From assembly GCA_964543655.1 (NCBI GenBank), contig CAZIZE010000009.1:9533-73532 (forward strand): a stretch of 64,000 nt of DNA, in the 5' to 3' direction. A program made the translations under genes and the position numbers. The DNA comes from an uncultured bacterium (GTDB lineage: Bacteria > DYJV01). The notes beneath the pieces were generated by a model. It saw only the letters and a list, made by a program, of their open reading frames with translations. It had not been told where the DNA came from and made no database searches. This document shows, one piece after another, positions 10,787-19,303 of this stretch; positions within the stretch are counted from its first letter, which is position 1; each line of letters starts with the position of its first letter.

Positions 10787-11638
10787 ATGAAAAATTCCAC
10801 TAAATATATATTTCTCATCATCCTGCTCTTTCTTTTAATCAGCTGTGACAGAGATATGAGAAGAGAAAAAGTGGTTGGTGTTGTAAAGCAGATTCATGAA
10901 AAAATCCTTGCAAAAGTTAATGGCATACCTATAACTATCTCAGATTTTCAAAAAGAGAAAAATAGATTACCTCCTCACCTGAGAGAACTTTTAAAAAGCA
11001 AAGAAAAACAGCGTCAATTTCTTGATAATCTTATTACTAAAGAGCTTCTCTACCAGGAAGCAGAAAAATTAAAACTTGAAAATAGAAAAAATATAAAATC
11101 TCTAATTGAAAGTTACAAAAAAGATTTACTGATAAATGAATTAATTAGAACACAGATTAAAGCAAATGTTATTATTAATGATAAAGAAGCTTACCATTAT
11201 TACCTCAAGCATAAAAAAATGTCCCATTTTGCTGATAAAGTTTCATTTTATGAATACATTTTTAAAGATTTAACTGACGCTGAAAATTTTTTAAAAAATC
11301 ATAACATTTCCCAGTGCAATAATATTTGCAAAAAAATGAAATTATTAAAATACCTTGATGAGCCTGATATTTCAAATATCTCTTCTGCTCTAAACAAACT
11401 TAAAAGAGGAGAGTTTTCTGAAATTTTGTGGACAAAAAATGGATATGTTATTTTAAAATTAATCAAAAAACATAGAGGTAGATTAAAACCTTTTTATAAA
11501 GTCAAAGAAAAAATTTATCAAATTTTGCGGGAAGAAAAAGAGAAAGAATTACTCAATAGATACATTAAGGTATTAAAGTCTAATGCTCATATAATTATTT
11601 ACAATGATAATCAAACTCAGAATAAAAAAATTCAATAA
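10787..11638 (+). CDS. SurA/PpiC-type peptidyl-prolyl isomerase family lipoprotein (degenerate parvulin-like domain)
   Basis: Lipoprotein signal peptide with lipobox LISC. C-terminal GEFSEILWTKNGYVILKL resembles the parvulin C-terminal motif. Start at ATG 10787 (alternative GTG at 10778). Confidence 0.5.
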   Translation: MKNSTKYIFLIILLFLLISCDRDMRREKVVGVVKQIHEKILAKVNGIPITISDFQKEKNRLPPHLRELLKSKEKQRQFLDNLITKELLYQEAEKLKLENRKNIKSLIESYKKDLLINELIRTQIKANVIINDKEAYHYYLKHKKMSHFADKVSFYEYIFKDLTDAENFLKNHNISQCNNICKKMKLLKYLDEPDISNISSALNKLKRGEFSEILWTKNGYVILKLIKKHRGRLKPFYKVKEKIYQILREEKEKELLNRYIKVLKSNAHIIIYNDNQTQNKKIQ

Positions 11639-11649
11639 GGAGTTTATCT

Positions 11650-13050
11650 ATGAAAGTGCTTATTTTATGTGGTGGCAGTGGTACAAGGCTCTGGCCATTA
11701 TCAAGAAAGTTGTATCCAAAACAATTCTTAAAATTAGGTGATAATCTCTCCTTTCTTCAAAAAACAGTTAAGAGATTTCAAAATATATGCTCTAATAATG
11801 ATATAATTTTTCTAACAAATGAGCAGCATAAGTTTTTATTAATTGAGCAATTAAATGAAATTGATTTTCCTATTAATGATAATTTTGTTTTAGAACCAAT
11901 GTCAAAAAACACCGCACCTGCAATAGCACTTGGAATTTCATATTTAAAAGATAAATTTAATATTAAGAACAATGAAACTATTTTCATCTCTGCATCTGAC
12001 CATATTATTGAGCCAGCAGAAGTTTTCTGCGATTATTTAAAAAAAGGTGAAAATATTGCTAAAGACAATTTTATAGTTACATTTGGAATAGAGCCAACCT
12101 CCCCTGAAACAGGTTATGGCTATATTAAAAAGGGAGAAAAATTAAACTATAAATTTAATGCCTATAAAGTTGATAAATTTGTTGAAAAACCAGATTTAAC
12201 AACAGCACAAAAATATCTTGAATCAGGTGAGTATTTATGGAATTCTGGAATGTTTATGTTCACTTTTGAAACAATTGTTAAAGAGTATAAAAAAAATGCT
12301 AAAGAAATTTATAACCTTTTTGAAAAAGGATATCAAAATTTCTTAAACAATTTTGATAAATCCCCTAACATTTCAATAGATTATGCCATAATGGAAAAAG
12401 CATCTTCAATTGCAGTTTTGCCACTGAATATAAAATGGTCAGATATTGGCTCATGGGATAGTGTTCATGAGCTTTTTAACAAAGATGATAAAGGAAATGT
12501 TTTGGAAGGGAAAGCAATTTGCTTTAATACAAAAAATTCCCTTATAATTGGAAAAAATAGATTAATTGCAGCCCTTGGTCTTGAGGATATTATGGTAATT
12601 GAAACTGACGATGCTATACTTCTTTCTAAAAAAGGAGATGCACAGAATGTTAAAAAAATTGTAAACAGTCTCAATCAAGATAAAAAATTAAAAGAGATTG
12701 CAGAGATTCACACTACTGTGAGCAGACCATGGGGTAGCTTTAAAGTACTTGATGAAAATTATAGGTATAAAATAAAGAAAATCACTGTTAAACCAGGTGA
12801 GACTTTAAGTTTGCAATTACATTTTCATAGAAGTGAACATTGGATTGTTGTAAAAGGCACAGCTAAGGTTGTAATAGGCAATGAAGAGCATTATGTGCAT
12901 GAAAATGAAAGTATTTATGTGCCTAAATCCACAAAACATAGACTTGAAAATCCTGGAAAAATTCCTCTTGAAATTATAGAGGTGCAGGTAGGGGAATATG
13001 TTGGAGAAGATGATATTCAAAGATTTGAAGATATTTATGGGAGAAGTTGA
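11650..13050 (+). CDS. manC: Mannose-1-phosphate guanylyltransferase / mannose-6-phosphate isomerase (bifunctional, cupin C-terminus)
   Basis: N-terminal nucleotidyltransferase motif VLILCGGSGTRLWPLSR. C-terminal cupin region with conserved His residues (HFHRSEHWIVVKG). AAGGAG RBS. Confidence 0.85.
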   Translation: MKVLILCGGSGTRLWPLSRKLYPKQFLKLGDNLSFLQKTVKRFQNICSNNDIIFLTNEQHKFLLIEQLNEIDFPINDNFVLEPMSKNTAPAIALGISYLKDKFNIKNNETIFISASDHIIEPAEVFCDYLKKGENIAKDNFIVTFGIEPTSPETGYGYIKKGEKLNYKFNAYKVDKFVEKPDLTTAQKYLESGEYLWNSGMFMFTFETIVKEYKKNAKEIYNLFEKGYQNFLNNFDKSPNISIDYAIMEKASSIAVLPLNIKWSDIGSWDSVHELFNKDDKGNVLEGKAICFNTKNSLIIGKNRLIAALGLEDIMVIETDDAILLSKKGDAQNVKKIVNSLNQDKKLKEIAEIHTTVSRPWGSFKVLDENYRYKIKKITVKPGETLSLQLHFHRSEHWIVVKGTAKVVIGNEEHYVHENESIYVPKSTKHRLENPGKIPLEIIEVQVGEYVGEDDIQRFEDIYGRS

Positions 13051-13143
13051 CAAAATCTATATAAAACCTTTGCAGAGCATCTTCAGCAATATACTAAAAT
13101 TTTTATTTGATAATAACAACTTATGGGTTCTTCAGTTGCTACG

Positions 13144-13210
13144 CTCCTTCAGAATAACCTCGAAAAAGCCATTCTGACCCTTCAGCTGTGCGAGGGGGAA
13201 GAATCCATTA
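13144..13210. repeat. Intergenic repeat family 1, copy A (GC-richer, hairpin-forming, about 70 nt)
   Basis: ctccttCAGAATaacctcgaaaaagccATTCTGacccttcagctgtgcgagggggaagaatccatt. Closely similar to 51456-51530 (left half about 85% identical). Contains inverted repeat CAGAAT/ATTCTG and a CCC..GGG second stem. Confidence 0.4.
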
Positions 13211-13287
13211 TGTAAATTTTTAATTTAAAATAACATCTATAATATTTTAAAAACTTTGAACTTTGAACTGATAACTGTAAACTATTT

Positions 13288-13336
13288 AAGGGAGTTAGCC
13301 CGAAAAATCTCTTGATTTAAGGTTGGTTTTGTATTA
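13288..13336. repeat. Intergenic repeat family 2, copy A (about 48 nt)
   Basis: aagggagttagcccgaaaaatctcttgatttaaggttggttttgtatt is 39/48 identical, ungapped, to 30204-30252. Contains a small CTTG..CAAG-type hairpin. Confidence 0.45.
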
Positions 13337-13339
13337 CTA

Positions 13340-14002
13340 TTATCTTGCAATTGACAGAGTATATACGTAAATATCAGACTCTGGAAAAAATTTTGCTATT
13401 TCACTAACTGTAGAGCCTGAAGTAATTATATCATCAATCAATAAAATATTTTTATACCTATTTTCATCTCTAAATTTGAAAACATTTTTAATATTTCCCT
13501 GCCTTTCACTGTAATTTTTGCATTTTACCTGAGATTTTCTAAATTTAACCCTTTTCAAATTATAATTTAAATTCAACGAATAATGTTTTGCCAATGAATG
13601 TGCAAGAATTTCAGACTGGTTGAATCCTCTAAAAATTTTTTTTATAAAAAATATTGGAACAAATAATATAATATCAAATGTTAAATTCTTGTATGGATAA
13701 TGTTTTATAAAAACCTTTTCAAAAAAATCTTTAATAAAAAATATTTTTGAATATTTCCACTTATGGATAAGTTCTTTTCCCTGACCATTGTATAAAAAGC
13801 AGCTCTTTATCTCTTTTATATTATAGTAAAGATTCTGGCATATACATTTATCCTCATAAGGAGAGAAACATCTATTGCAATAAATTTTCTCAATATATTC
13901 TATACTTTTAAGGCAATTTTTGCAGATCCATGCTGGATAGTTGCTACTTTTAATATTACTTCTACATAAAATACATTTTCTTGGAAAAATAAAATCTATC
14001 AT
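13340..14002 (-). CDS. comF: ComF family protein (phosphoribosyltransferase domain with N-terminal zinc ribbon)
   Basis: N-terminal CxxC...CxxC and C-terminal PRTase motif LLIDDIITSGSTVSE. Confidence 0.75.
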   Translation of the reverse strand: MIDFIFPRKCILCRSNIKSSNYPAWICKNCLKSIEYIEKIYCNRCFSPYEDKCICQNLYYNIKEIKSCFLYNGQGKELIHKWKYSKIFFIKDFFEKVFIKHYPYKNLTFDIILFVPIFFIKKIFRGFNQSEILAHSLAKHYSLNLNYNLKRVKFRKSQVKCKNYSERQGNIKNVFKFRDENRYKNILLIDDIITSGSTVSEIAKFFPESDIYVYTLSIAR

Positions 14003-15516
14003 TCATACAACAGCTCTTTACCTGTCATCTCAGATGGTTTGGGAATTCCAAAAAGCTTTAGAATTGTTGGTGCAATGTCAGCAAGAATTCCATCCTTTGT
14101 GTTTATTTTATTTTTTAATGAAGATATGAAAATAAAAGGTACTGGATTGGTTGTATGTGCAGTATGTGGCTTGCCATTTTTATCAACCATCTCTTCGCAG
14201 TTACCATGGTCTGATATAAGGATAATAGCTCCCCCTTTGGATAAAATTTTTTTATAAATTTTTCCTACACACCTATCAACACTCTCCACAGCTTTTACAG
14301 CAGCTTCATAAACACCTGTGTGACCAACCATGTCGCAATTTGCAAAGTTTAACACAATAAAATCGTATTTATCAGAATCTATCCTTTTTAAAACCTCATC
14401 TGTTATTAAAAATGCACTCATTTCAGGCTTTAAATCATAAGTTTTTACATCTTTTGGTGAAGGAATTAAAACTCTATCCTCATTTTTAAAAGGTACCTCA
14501 TCTCCACCATTGAAAAAGTATGTAACATGAGCATATTTCTCTGTTTCTGCAATTTTTAAAATTTTAAACCCTCTATCAGAAAGAACCTCTGTTAAAATAT
14601 TTCTGAGCTTTTCAGGTGGAAAAGCAACAGGTAAATTAAAACTTTCATCATAAAGCGTCATTGTTGCATAATAAGATAAAATAGGCCTATTGGTAACATC
14701 AAATTCTTTGAAATTTTCTTCTGTAAGTGCCCTTGTAAGCTCTCTTGCCCTGTCTGCTCTAAAATTAAAAAAGATAACAGCATCATTATCTCTAATAACA
14801 CCATCATTATTAACTAAAAATGGCTTAATAAACTCATCTGTTTCATTCTGCTTATACCTCAGGTTAACCTCTTTAACAGGATCTGCAAATATTTTACCTT
14901 TTCCATTTACAATAACATTATATGCTTCAAAAATCCTTTCCCATCTCTTATCTCTATCCATTGCATAAAATCTACCTGAAACAGATGCAATTTCACCATA
15001 ATTTAACTCTTTTAAAAATTCAGTTAATTGATTTAAATATTTTGCACCAGATGTTGGTGGAGTGTCTCTACCATCAAGAAAACAATGTATAAAACATCGC
15101 TTAACATTATTTCTTTTAGCAAGTTCAACCAGTGCAAACAAATGCTCTATATGAGAATGCACTCCACCGTCAGACACCAGTCCCATTAAATGCAGTCTAT
15201 CCCCTTTTTTAGCAGCATCTGTTAAAACTTTATTTTCAAAGAATGATTTATCTTTAATTGCTTTTGAAATTCTTGTAAGATCCTGGTACACTATCCTCCC
15301 TGCTCCAATATTGAGATGTCCTACTTCAGAATTACCCATCTGACCTTCTGGAAGACCAACAGCTTCACCAGATGCAATTAACTGACTATTGGGATAATTG
15401 TCAAAAAGATAATCAAGAGTGGGAGTTTCAGCATTTTTGATAGCATTAAATTCTTTCTCTTCTCTAATACCGAAACCATCTAAAATCATAAGCATAACTG
15501 GTTTAAAGTCCATCAA
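13999..15516 (-). CDS. gpmI: 2,3-bisphosphoglycerate-independent phosphoglycerate mutase
   Basis: 505 aa, N-terminal MLMILDGFGI, typical iPGM length. Overlaps comF by 4 nt. Confidence 0.9.
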   Translation of the reverse strand: MMDFKPVMLMILDGFGIREEKEFNAIKNAETPTLDYLFDNYPNSQLIASGEAVGLPEGQMGNSEVGHLNIGAGRIVYQDLTRISKAIKDKSFFENKVLTDAAKKGDRLHLMGLVSDGGVHSHIEHLFALVELAKRNNVKRCFIHCFLDGRDTPPTSGAKYLNQLTEFLKELNYGEIASVSGRFYAMDRDKRWERIFEAYNVIVNGKGKIFADPVKEVNLRYKQNETDEFIKPFLVNNDGVIRDNDAVIFFNFRADRARELTRALTEENFKEFDVTNRPILSYYATMTLYDESFNLPVAFPPEKLRNILTEVLSDRGFKILKIAETEKYAHVTYFFNGGDEVPFKNEDRVLIPSPKDVKTYDLKPEMSAFLITDEVLKRIDSDKYDFIVLNFANCDMVGHTGVYEAAVKAVESVDRCVGKIYKKILSKGGAIILISDHGNCEEMVDKNGKPHTAHTTNPVPFIFISSLKNKINTKDGILADIAPTILKLFGIPKPSEMTGKELLYE

Positions 15517-15523
15517 ATTCTCC

Positions 15524-16759
15524 TCAGATGTTACATTTTAATGAATCAAATCTCTGACAATCAGGACAATAATCAACCCACTCATTTGAAACAGCACCAC
15601 AGGCTTCGCATTTGTATGTGATATTTATACCTTCTGATGAATTTAAAATTTTTCTAAAAGCCTCAATTGTATCTTTTAAATCATGATTTTTCCTGTAAAT
15701 TATTTCAGCATAAATAAGTGATGCAAGTTTATTATTCTCTATGTAATCTTTAACAAGATTCTCTGCTTTTTCAATATTGTTATTGGAAAAATTAACAAGA
15801 GCCTGAAGAACTGTTGCTGTTTCTGTTTTTAATTTTCCAAGAAATTTTTCAATATCTTTTTTAACCTTTTCATCACTGCTCTCAATTGCAAATTTTGATA
15901 GTGCACAGAGAAAAGTTGCATCATTTTTACAATTTTTGTAACCATCCTTTAATGCTTTTATTGCATCAAATGGGGAGGAATCCTTTACAAACTGGTATTT
16001 TAAAAAATAAGCAGGTCTGAAATTTGAAAAATTCTTTATTAAACTGTTAATTGACGGTTCATTGGAATCTTTTACAACAATCAAATAATTGAGCTCTGCA
16101 AGGGTCTTAATCTCAGCAACTTTATCTATATCTTTTAAATTAATAATTCTCTCCTGAATCTGTACTGCTTCAGGATACTTTTCAAGCTCTTTAAAAGAAT
16201 CTCTAATAATTTTTAAAAGATTATAATTTTTAAAATTATTATCCTCAATAAGTTCTTTTGCTATATCTATTACAGCATTAAACTTTTTATTTTCAAAATA
16301 GTGCTCAATAAGATAAAATTTTGAAACTTCAAATGGTAATTTATTAATAATCTCCTCTTTCTTTTTACTGCTACTTTCTAAATCTTTTAAAAAAAGTTGG
16401 TATAAAAAATTCTTATCCAATTTGTACGATGCACTGTATGCTTTGTAAGCATTTTTAATATTTCCAAAAAAATACTCAATTAAACCTTTTTCAAAAGTGG
16501 ATAAAGCTTTCTCCTTTGCAGAGAGAGCCTTTTTCAATTTTCTATTATCCATTGTTAATTTCAACTCTCTAAAAACAGTAAGTATAATCATTAAAAAAGC
16601 ACCAACTGCAATTGAGCCAATGATAATAAAAGATGCTGGAAGCTCATAAGATATAGTTGGTGTAAAATGAACAGGGACTTTTGTGGTATTTAAAAATACA
16701 AATACTGAAACAGCTGCAATTAATACAAAAAGGATTATTAAAGTTAGCTTTGTTTTCAT
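15524..16759 (-). CDS. lapB: Lipopolysaccharide assembly protein B-like TPR protein with C-terminal rubredoxin-type zinc ribbon
   Basis: N-terminal TM helix, TPR-like body, C-terminal CEACGAVSNEWVDYCPDCQRFD (CxxC-x9-CxxC), as in LapB/YciM. Confidence 0.7.
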   Translation of the reverse strand: MKTKLTLIILFVLIAAVSVFVFLNTTKVPVHFTPTISYELPASFIIIGSIAVGAFLMIILTVFRELKLTMDNRKLKKALSAKEKALSTFEKGLIEYFFGNIKNAYKAYSASYKLDKNFLYQLFLKDLESSSKKKEEIINKLPFEVSKFYLIEHYFENKKFNAVIDIAKELIEDNNFKNYNLLKIIRDSFKELEKYPEAVQIQERIINLKDIDKVAEIKTLAELNYLIVVKDSNEPSINSLIKNFSNFRPAYFLKYQFVKDSSPFDAIKALKDGYKNCKNDATFLCALSKFAIESSDEKVKKDIEKFLGKLKTETATVLQALVNFSNNNIEKAENLVKDYIENNKLASLIYAEIIYRKNHDLKDTIEAFRKILNSSEGINITYKCEACGAVSNEWVDYCPDCQRFDSLKCNI

Positions 16760-17592
16760 ATTACCTCCAGGTTATAATTATTTCTAACAATTTCTCCAAT
16801 ATTTGGGATAAAGGGGCCTGCAATTATATTGCTTTTTAACAATTCACTATCTTGCAAACCTATTCTTATAACTTCTATACCATTTATTAAACAATTTTTA
16901 AATATTTTTTTGCATCTTTTTAAAGTTTCTTCATTTGATAATGGAAAAAACTTTTTATTCTTATACATCTGCTCAAGTACGGTGCCTTTAATTACAAGCA
17001 GTGGATAAATTCTAATGAAATCAGGCTTAACAATATTTATAAGTATATCTACCATATTTGTAATATCTTTTTCTTCTTCACCAGGCACTCCAACCATTAC
17101 CTGAATTCCAAGCTCAAAACCTTTCTTTTTTATAAGGGAAGCACTTTTAATAATATCTTCAACTGTATGTCCCCTGTTTAAATTCTTCAAAAGCCTATTA
17201 TTAAACGTCTGAGCTCCTATTTCTATTGTTTCTACATAATAATTTTTTAATATCTCAAGAATATTTTCATCAATACAATCAGGTCTTGTTGATAATCTCA
17301 CTGAATCCAATATTCCGCTTTTAATATATTTTTCAACTTTATTAAGGTAACTTCTCATTCTTTTTTCACCAAGGCATGTAAAGCTCCCTCCATAAAACGA
17401 TATCTGTTTTTTTTTATATTTTTTATGAATGCCACCATATTTATTTATCTGAGTTTCAATATACTTTTCTATGATTTTATCTATTTCATCTAATTTAACA
17501 GATTCTGATGAGATATTAGACTGGTTACAAAAAATGCATTTATATTTACAACCTTGATTTGAAATAAAGATAGGGATAATAAAACGCTTCAA
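16756..17592 (-). CDS. Radical SAM domain protein
   Basis: CKYKCIFCNQ (CxxxCxxC) near the N-terminus, 278 aa. Overlaps lapB by 4 nt. Confidence 0.7.
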   Translation of the reverse strand: MKRFIIPIFISNQGCKYKCIFCNQSNISSESVKLDEIDKIIEKYIETQINKYGGIHKKYKKKQISFYGGSFTCLGEKRMRSYLNKVEKYIKSGILDSVRLSTRPDCIDENILEILKNYYVETIEIGAQTFNNRLLKNLNRGHTVEDIIKSASLIKKKGFELGIQVMVGVPGEEEKDITNMVDILINIVKPDFIRIYPLLVIKGTVLEQMYKNKKFFPLSNEETLKRCKKIFKNCLINGIEVIRIGLQDSELLKSNIIAGPFIPNIGEIVRNNYNLEVI

Positions 17593-18314
17593 TGTTCTAT
17601 TAATTTTACAGCATTATGAGCAGCATTCTGCTCAGCTTCCTTTTTGTTCTTGCCTGTACCTGTGCCATACTCTTTATTTTTAACATATACTTTTACATAA
17701 AACATTTTATTATGCTCTGGACCTTCCTCTTTCACTATTTTATATTCAGGCTTAATTTTATATTTTTTTTGAACAATTTCCTGCAATAATGACTTGTAAT
17801 CAGTTAAAAAATTCTCTTTATTAGAATCTTCAATATATTTGTTAAAATGCTTTTTTATGAAAAAACGCGCTGCTTCAAGTCCACCATCTTTATATATTGC
17901 ACCTATTATTGATTCCATAGCATCAGCTATAATAGAATTTTTTTTATGGTTGTTTGAAACAAATTCACTTTTACCAAGTAAAATATATTTTTCAAGATGA
18001 ATCTGCTTTGCTATTTTGTAAAGAACAGCTTCACTCACTATTCGTGATTTTATTTTTGTAAGCACTCCCTCTTTATAATCAGGATATTTTTCCATTAAAA
18101 TTTCAGAAATTACAAGTCCCAAAACAGCATCTCCTAAAAACTCCAACCTTTCATTAGAAAAAATGTATTCCTGCCTAAAGTAATATATGTACGATTTATG
18201 TGTTAAAGCTATTAAAAGAAGTGTTTTATTATAAAAATTGTAACCTAAAATTTTTTCTACTTCACCCTGGAAAATAGAATTTTTAACTCTTTCCAGTGAA
18301 TTCTTATATTCCAT
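17589..18314 (-). CDS. rnc: Ribonuclease III
   Basis: RNase III signature ERLEFLGDAVL and a C-terminal dsRBD. Confidence 0.9.
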   Translation of the reverse strand: MEYKNSLERVKNSIFQGEVEKILGYNFYNKTLLLIALTHKSYIYYFRQEYIFSNERLEFLGDAVLGLVISEILMEKYPDYKEGVLTKIKSRIVSEAVLYKIAKQIHLEKYILLGKSEFVSNNHKKNSIIADAMESIIGAIYKDGGLEAARFFIKKHFNKYIEDSNKENFLTDYKSLLQEIVQKKYKIKPEYKIVKEEGPEHNKMFYVKVYVKNKEYGTGTGKNKKEAEQNAAHNAVKLIEH

Positions 18315-19050
18315 TTTTTAAATTAAAATATATCTGTTTTATTTTATTTATTCTATTAATAGAAACAAATTTTTCTAATGTTGCAAAAAAAATTATCTCT
18401 ATCTCAGAAATTATCTGCTGAGATAAATTTATATTTGAAAAATTTAATTTTCCACTATTTTTTAAAAACTTTAAAGTGCCATTACAAAGTGTAAATGCAC
18501 TACCTTTAATGCATTTATTACATATAAATCCTAAATTTTCAAGGGAATAATTTTGAATATATTCATTTCCACCACAAACACAACATTTACCGCTGTTGAG
18601 TCCATATCCTGTTAATGAAAGGATATTTATGTTAAAAAAATTAAGAAGAGAAATGTTTTTAGATAAGTCTTTTAAATTAAAATGTTTTAAAAAATTAATT
18701 GTAAAATCAAATATTTTCCCTGAATCTTCATATGAATAAATTAAATTATAAAGCACTTCATTAATATAGTGCACAACCATTATTGATGTAAAGCTATTAA
18801 AGTCAAATAACTTCTCTATAAACTCCACTTTATTAATAAAAAAATATTGTTTATTTTTGCTCTGAGTCAAAAAAAATTTTAAAACATATCCATAATCAAG
18901 AAGATTAAGATTTCTTTTAATACTTTTTTTTGCAAATTTTCCAAGTGCAGTAATTTTCCCAAAATCTTTTGAAAATAAAACAACTACTCTATCTGCATCT
19001 TTAAAGTGATTTTTTCTAAGGATAAATCCCGATGTGGTTAATAAAGGCAT
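18304..19050 (-). CDS. recO: DNA repair protein RecO
   Basis: N-terminal OB-fold region (GFILRKNHFKDADRVVVLFSKDFGKI) and zinc-binding CCVCGG...CNKC motif. Confidence 0.8.
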   Translation of the reverse strand: MPLLTTSGFILRKNHFKDADRVVVLFSKDFGKITALGKFAKKSIKRNLNLLDYGYVLKFFLTQSKNKQYFFINKVEFIEKLFDFNSFTSIMVVHYINEVLYNLIYSYEDSGKIFDFTINFLKHFNLKDLSKNISLLNFFNINILSLTGYGLNSGKCCVCGGNEYIQNYSLENLGFICNKCIKGSAFTLCNGTLKFLKNSGKLNFSNINLSQQIISEIEIIFFATLEKFVSINRINKIKQIYFNLKNGI

Positions 19051-19060
19051 TATAAAAAAA

Positions 19061-19138
<78 letters not shown>

Positions 19139-19157
19139 GCAAAATTTATATTAAAAA

Positions 19158-19230
19158 TGAGCCGCGAAGGAATCGAACCTTCGACCAACAGATTAAAAGT
19201 CTGCTGCTCTACCAACTGAGCTAGCGGCCC
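19158..19230 (-). tRNA. tRNA-Lys (anticodon UUU)
   Basis: Reverse complement GGGCCGCTAGCTCAGTTGGTAGAGCAGCAGACTTTTAATCTGTTGGTCGAAGGTTCGATTCCTTCGCGGCTCA. Anticodon loop CTTTTAA. No CCA encoded. Confidence 0.85.
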
Positions 19231-19303
19231 ATTAACTGTCAAGGAATGGCTGCTTAACAAAACTTTTTTGCTTTGTCAACATTTTTTTGTAAAAAAATTT
19301 AAA

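Noticed and set aside
19231-19303. Promoter for the tRNA-Lys/tRNA-Glu pair
   Set aside because: A TTGACA hexamer is present on the minus strand, but no acceptable -10 at 16-18 nt spacing. The tRNAs may be co-transcribed with purL or use a non-consensus promoter.
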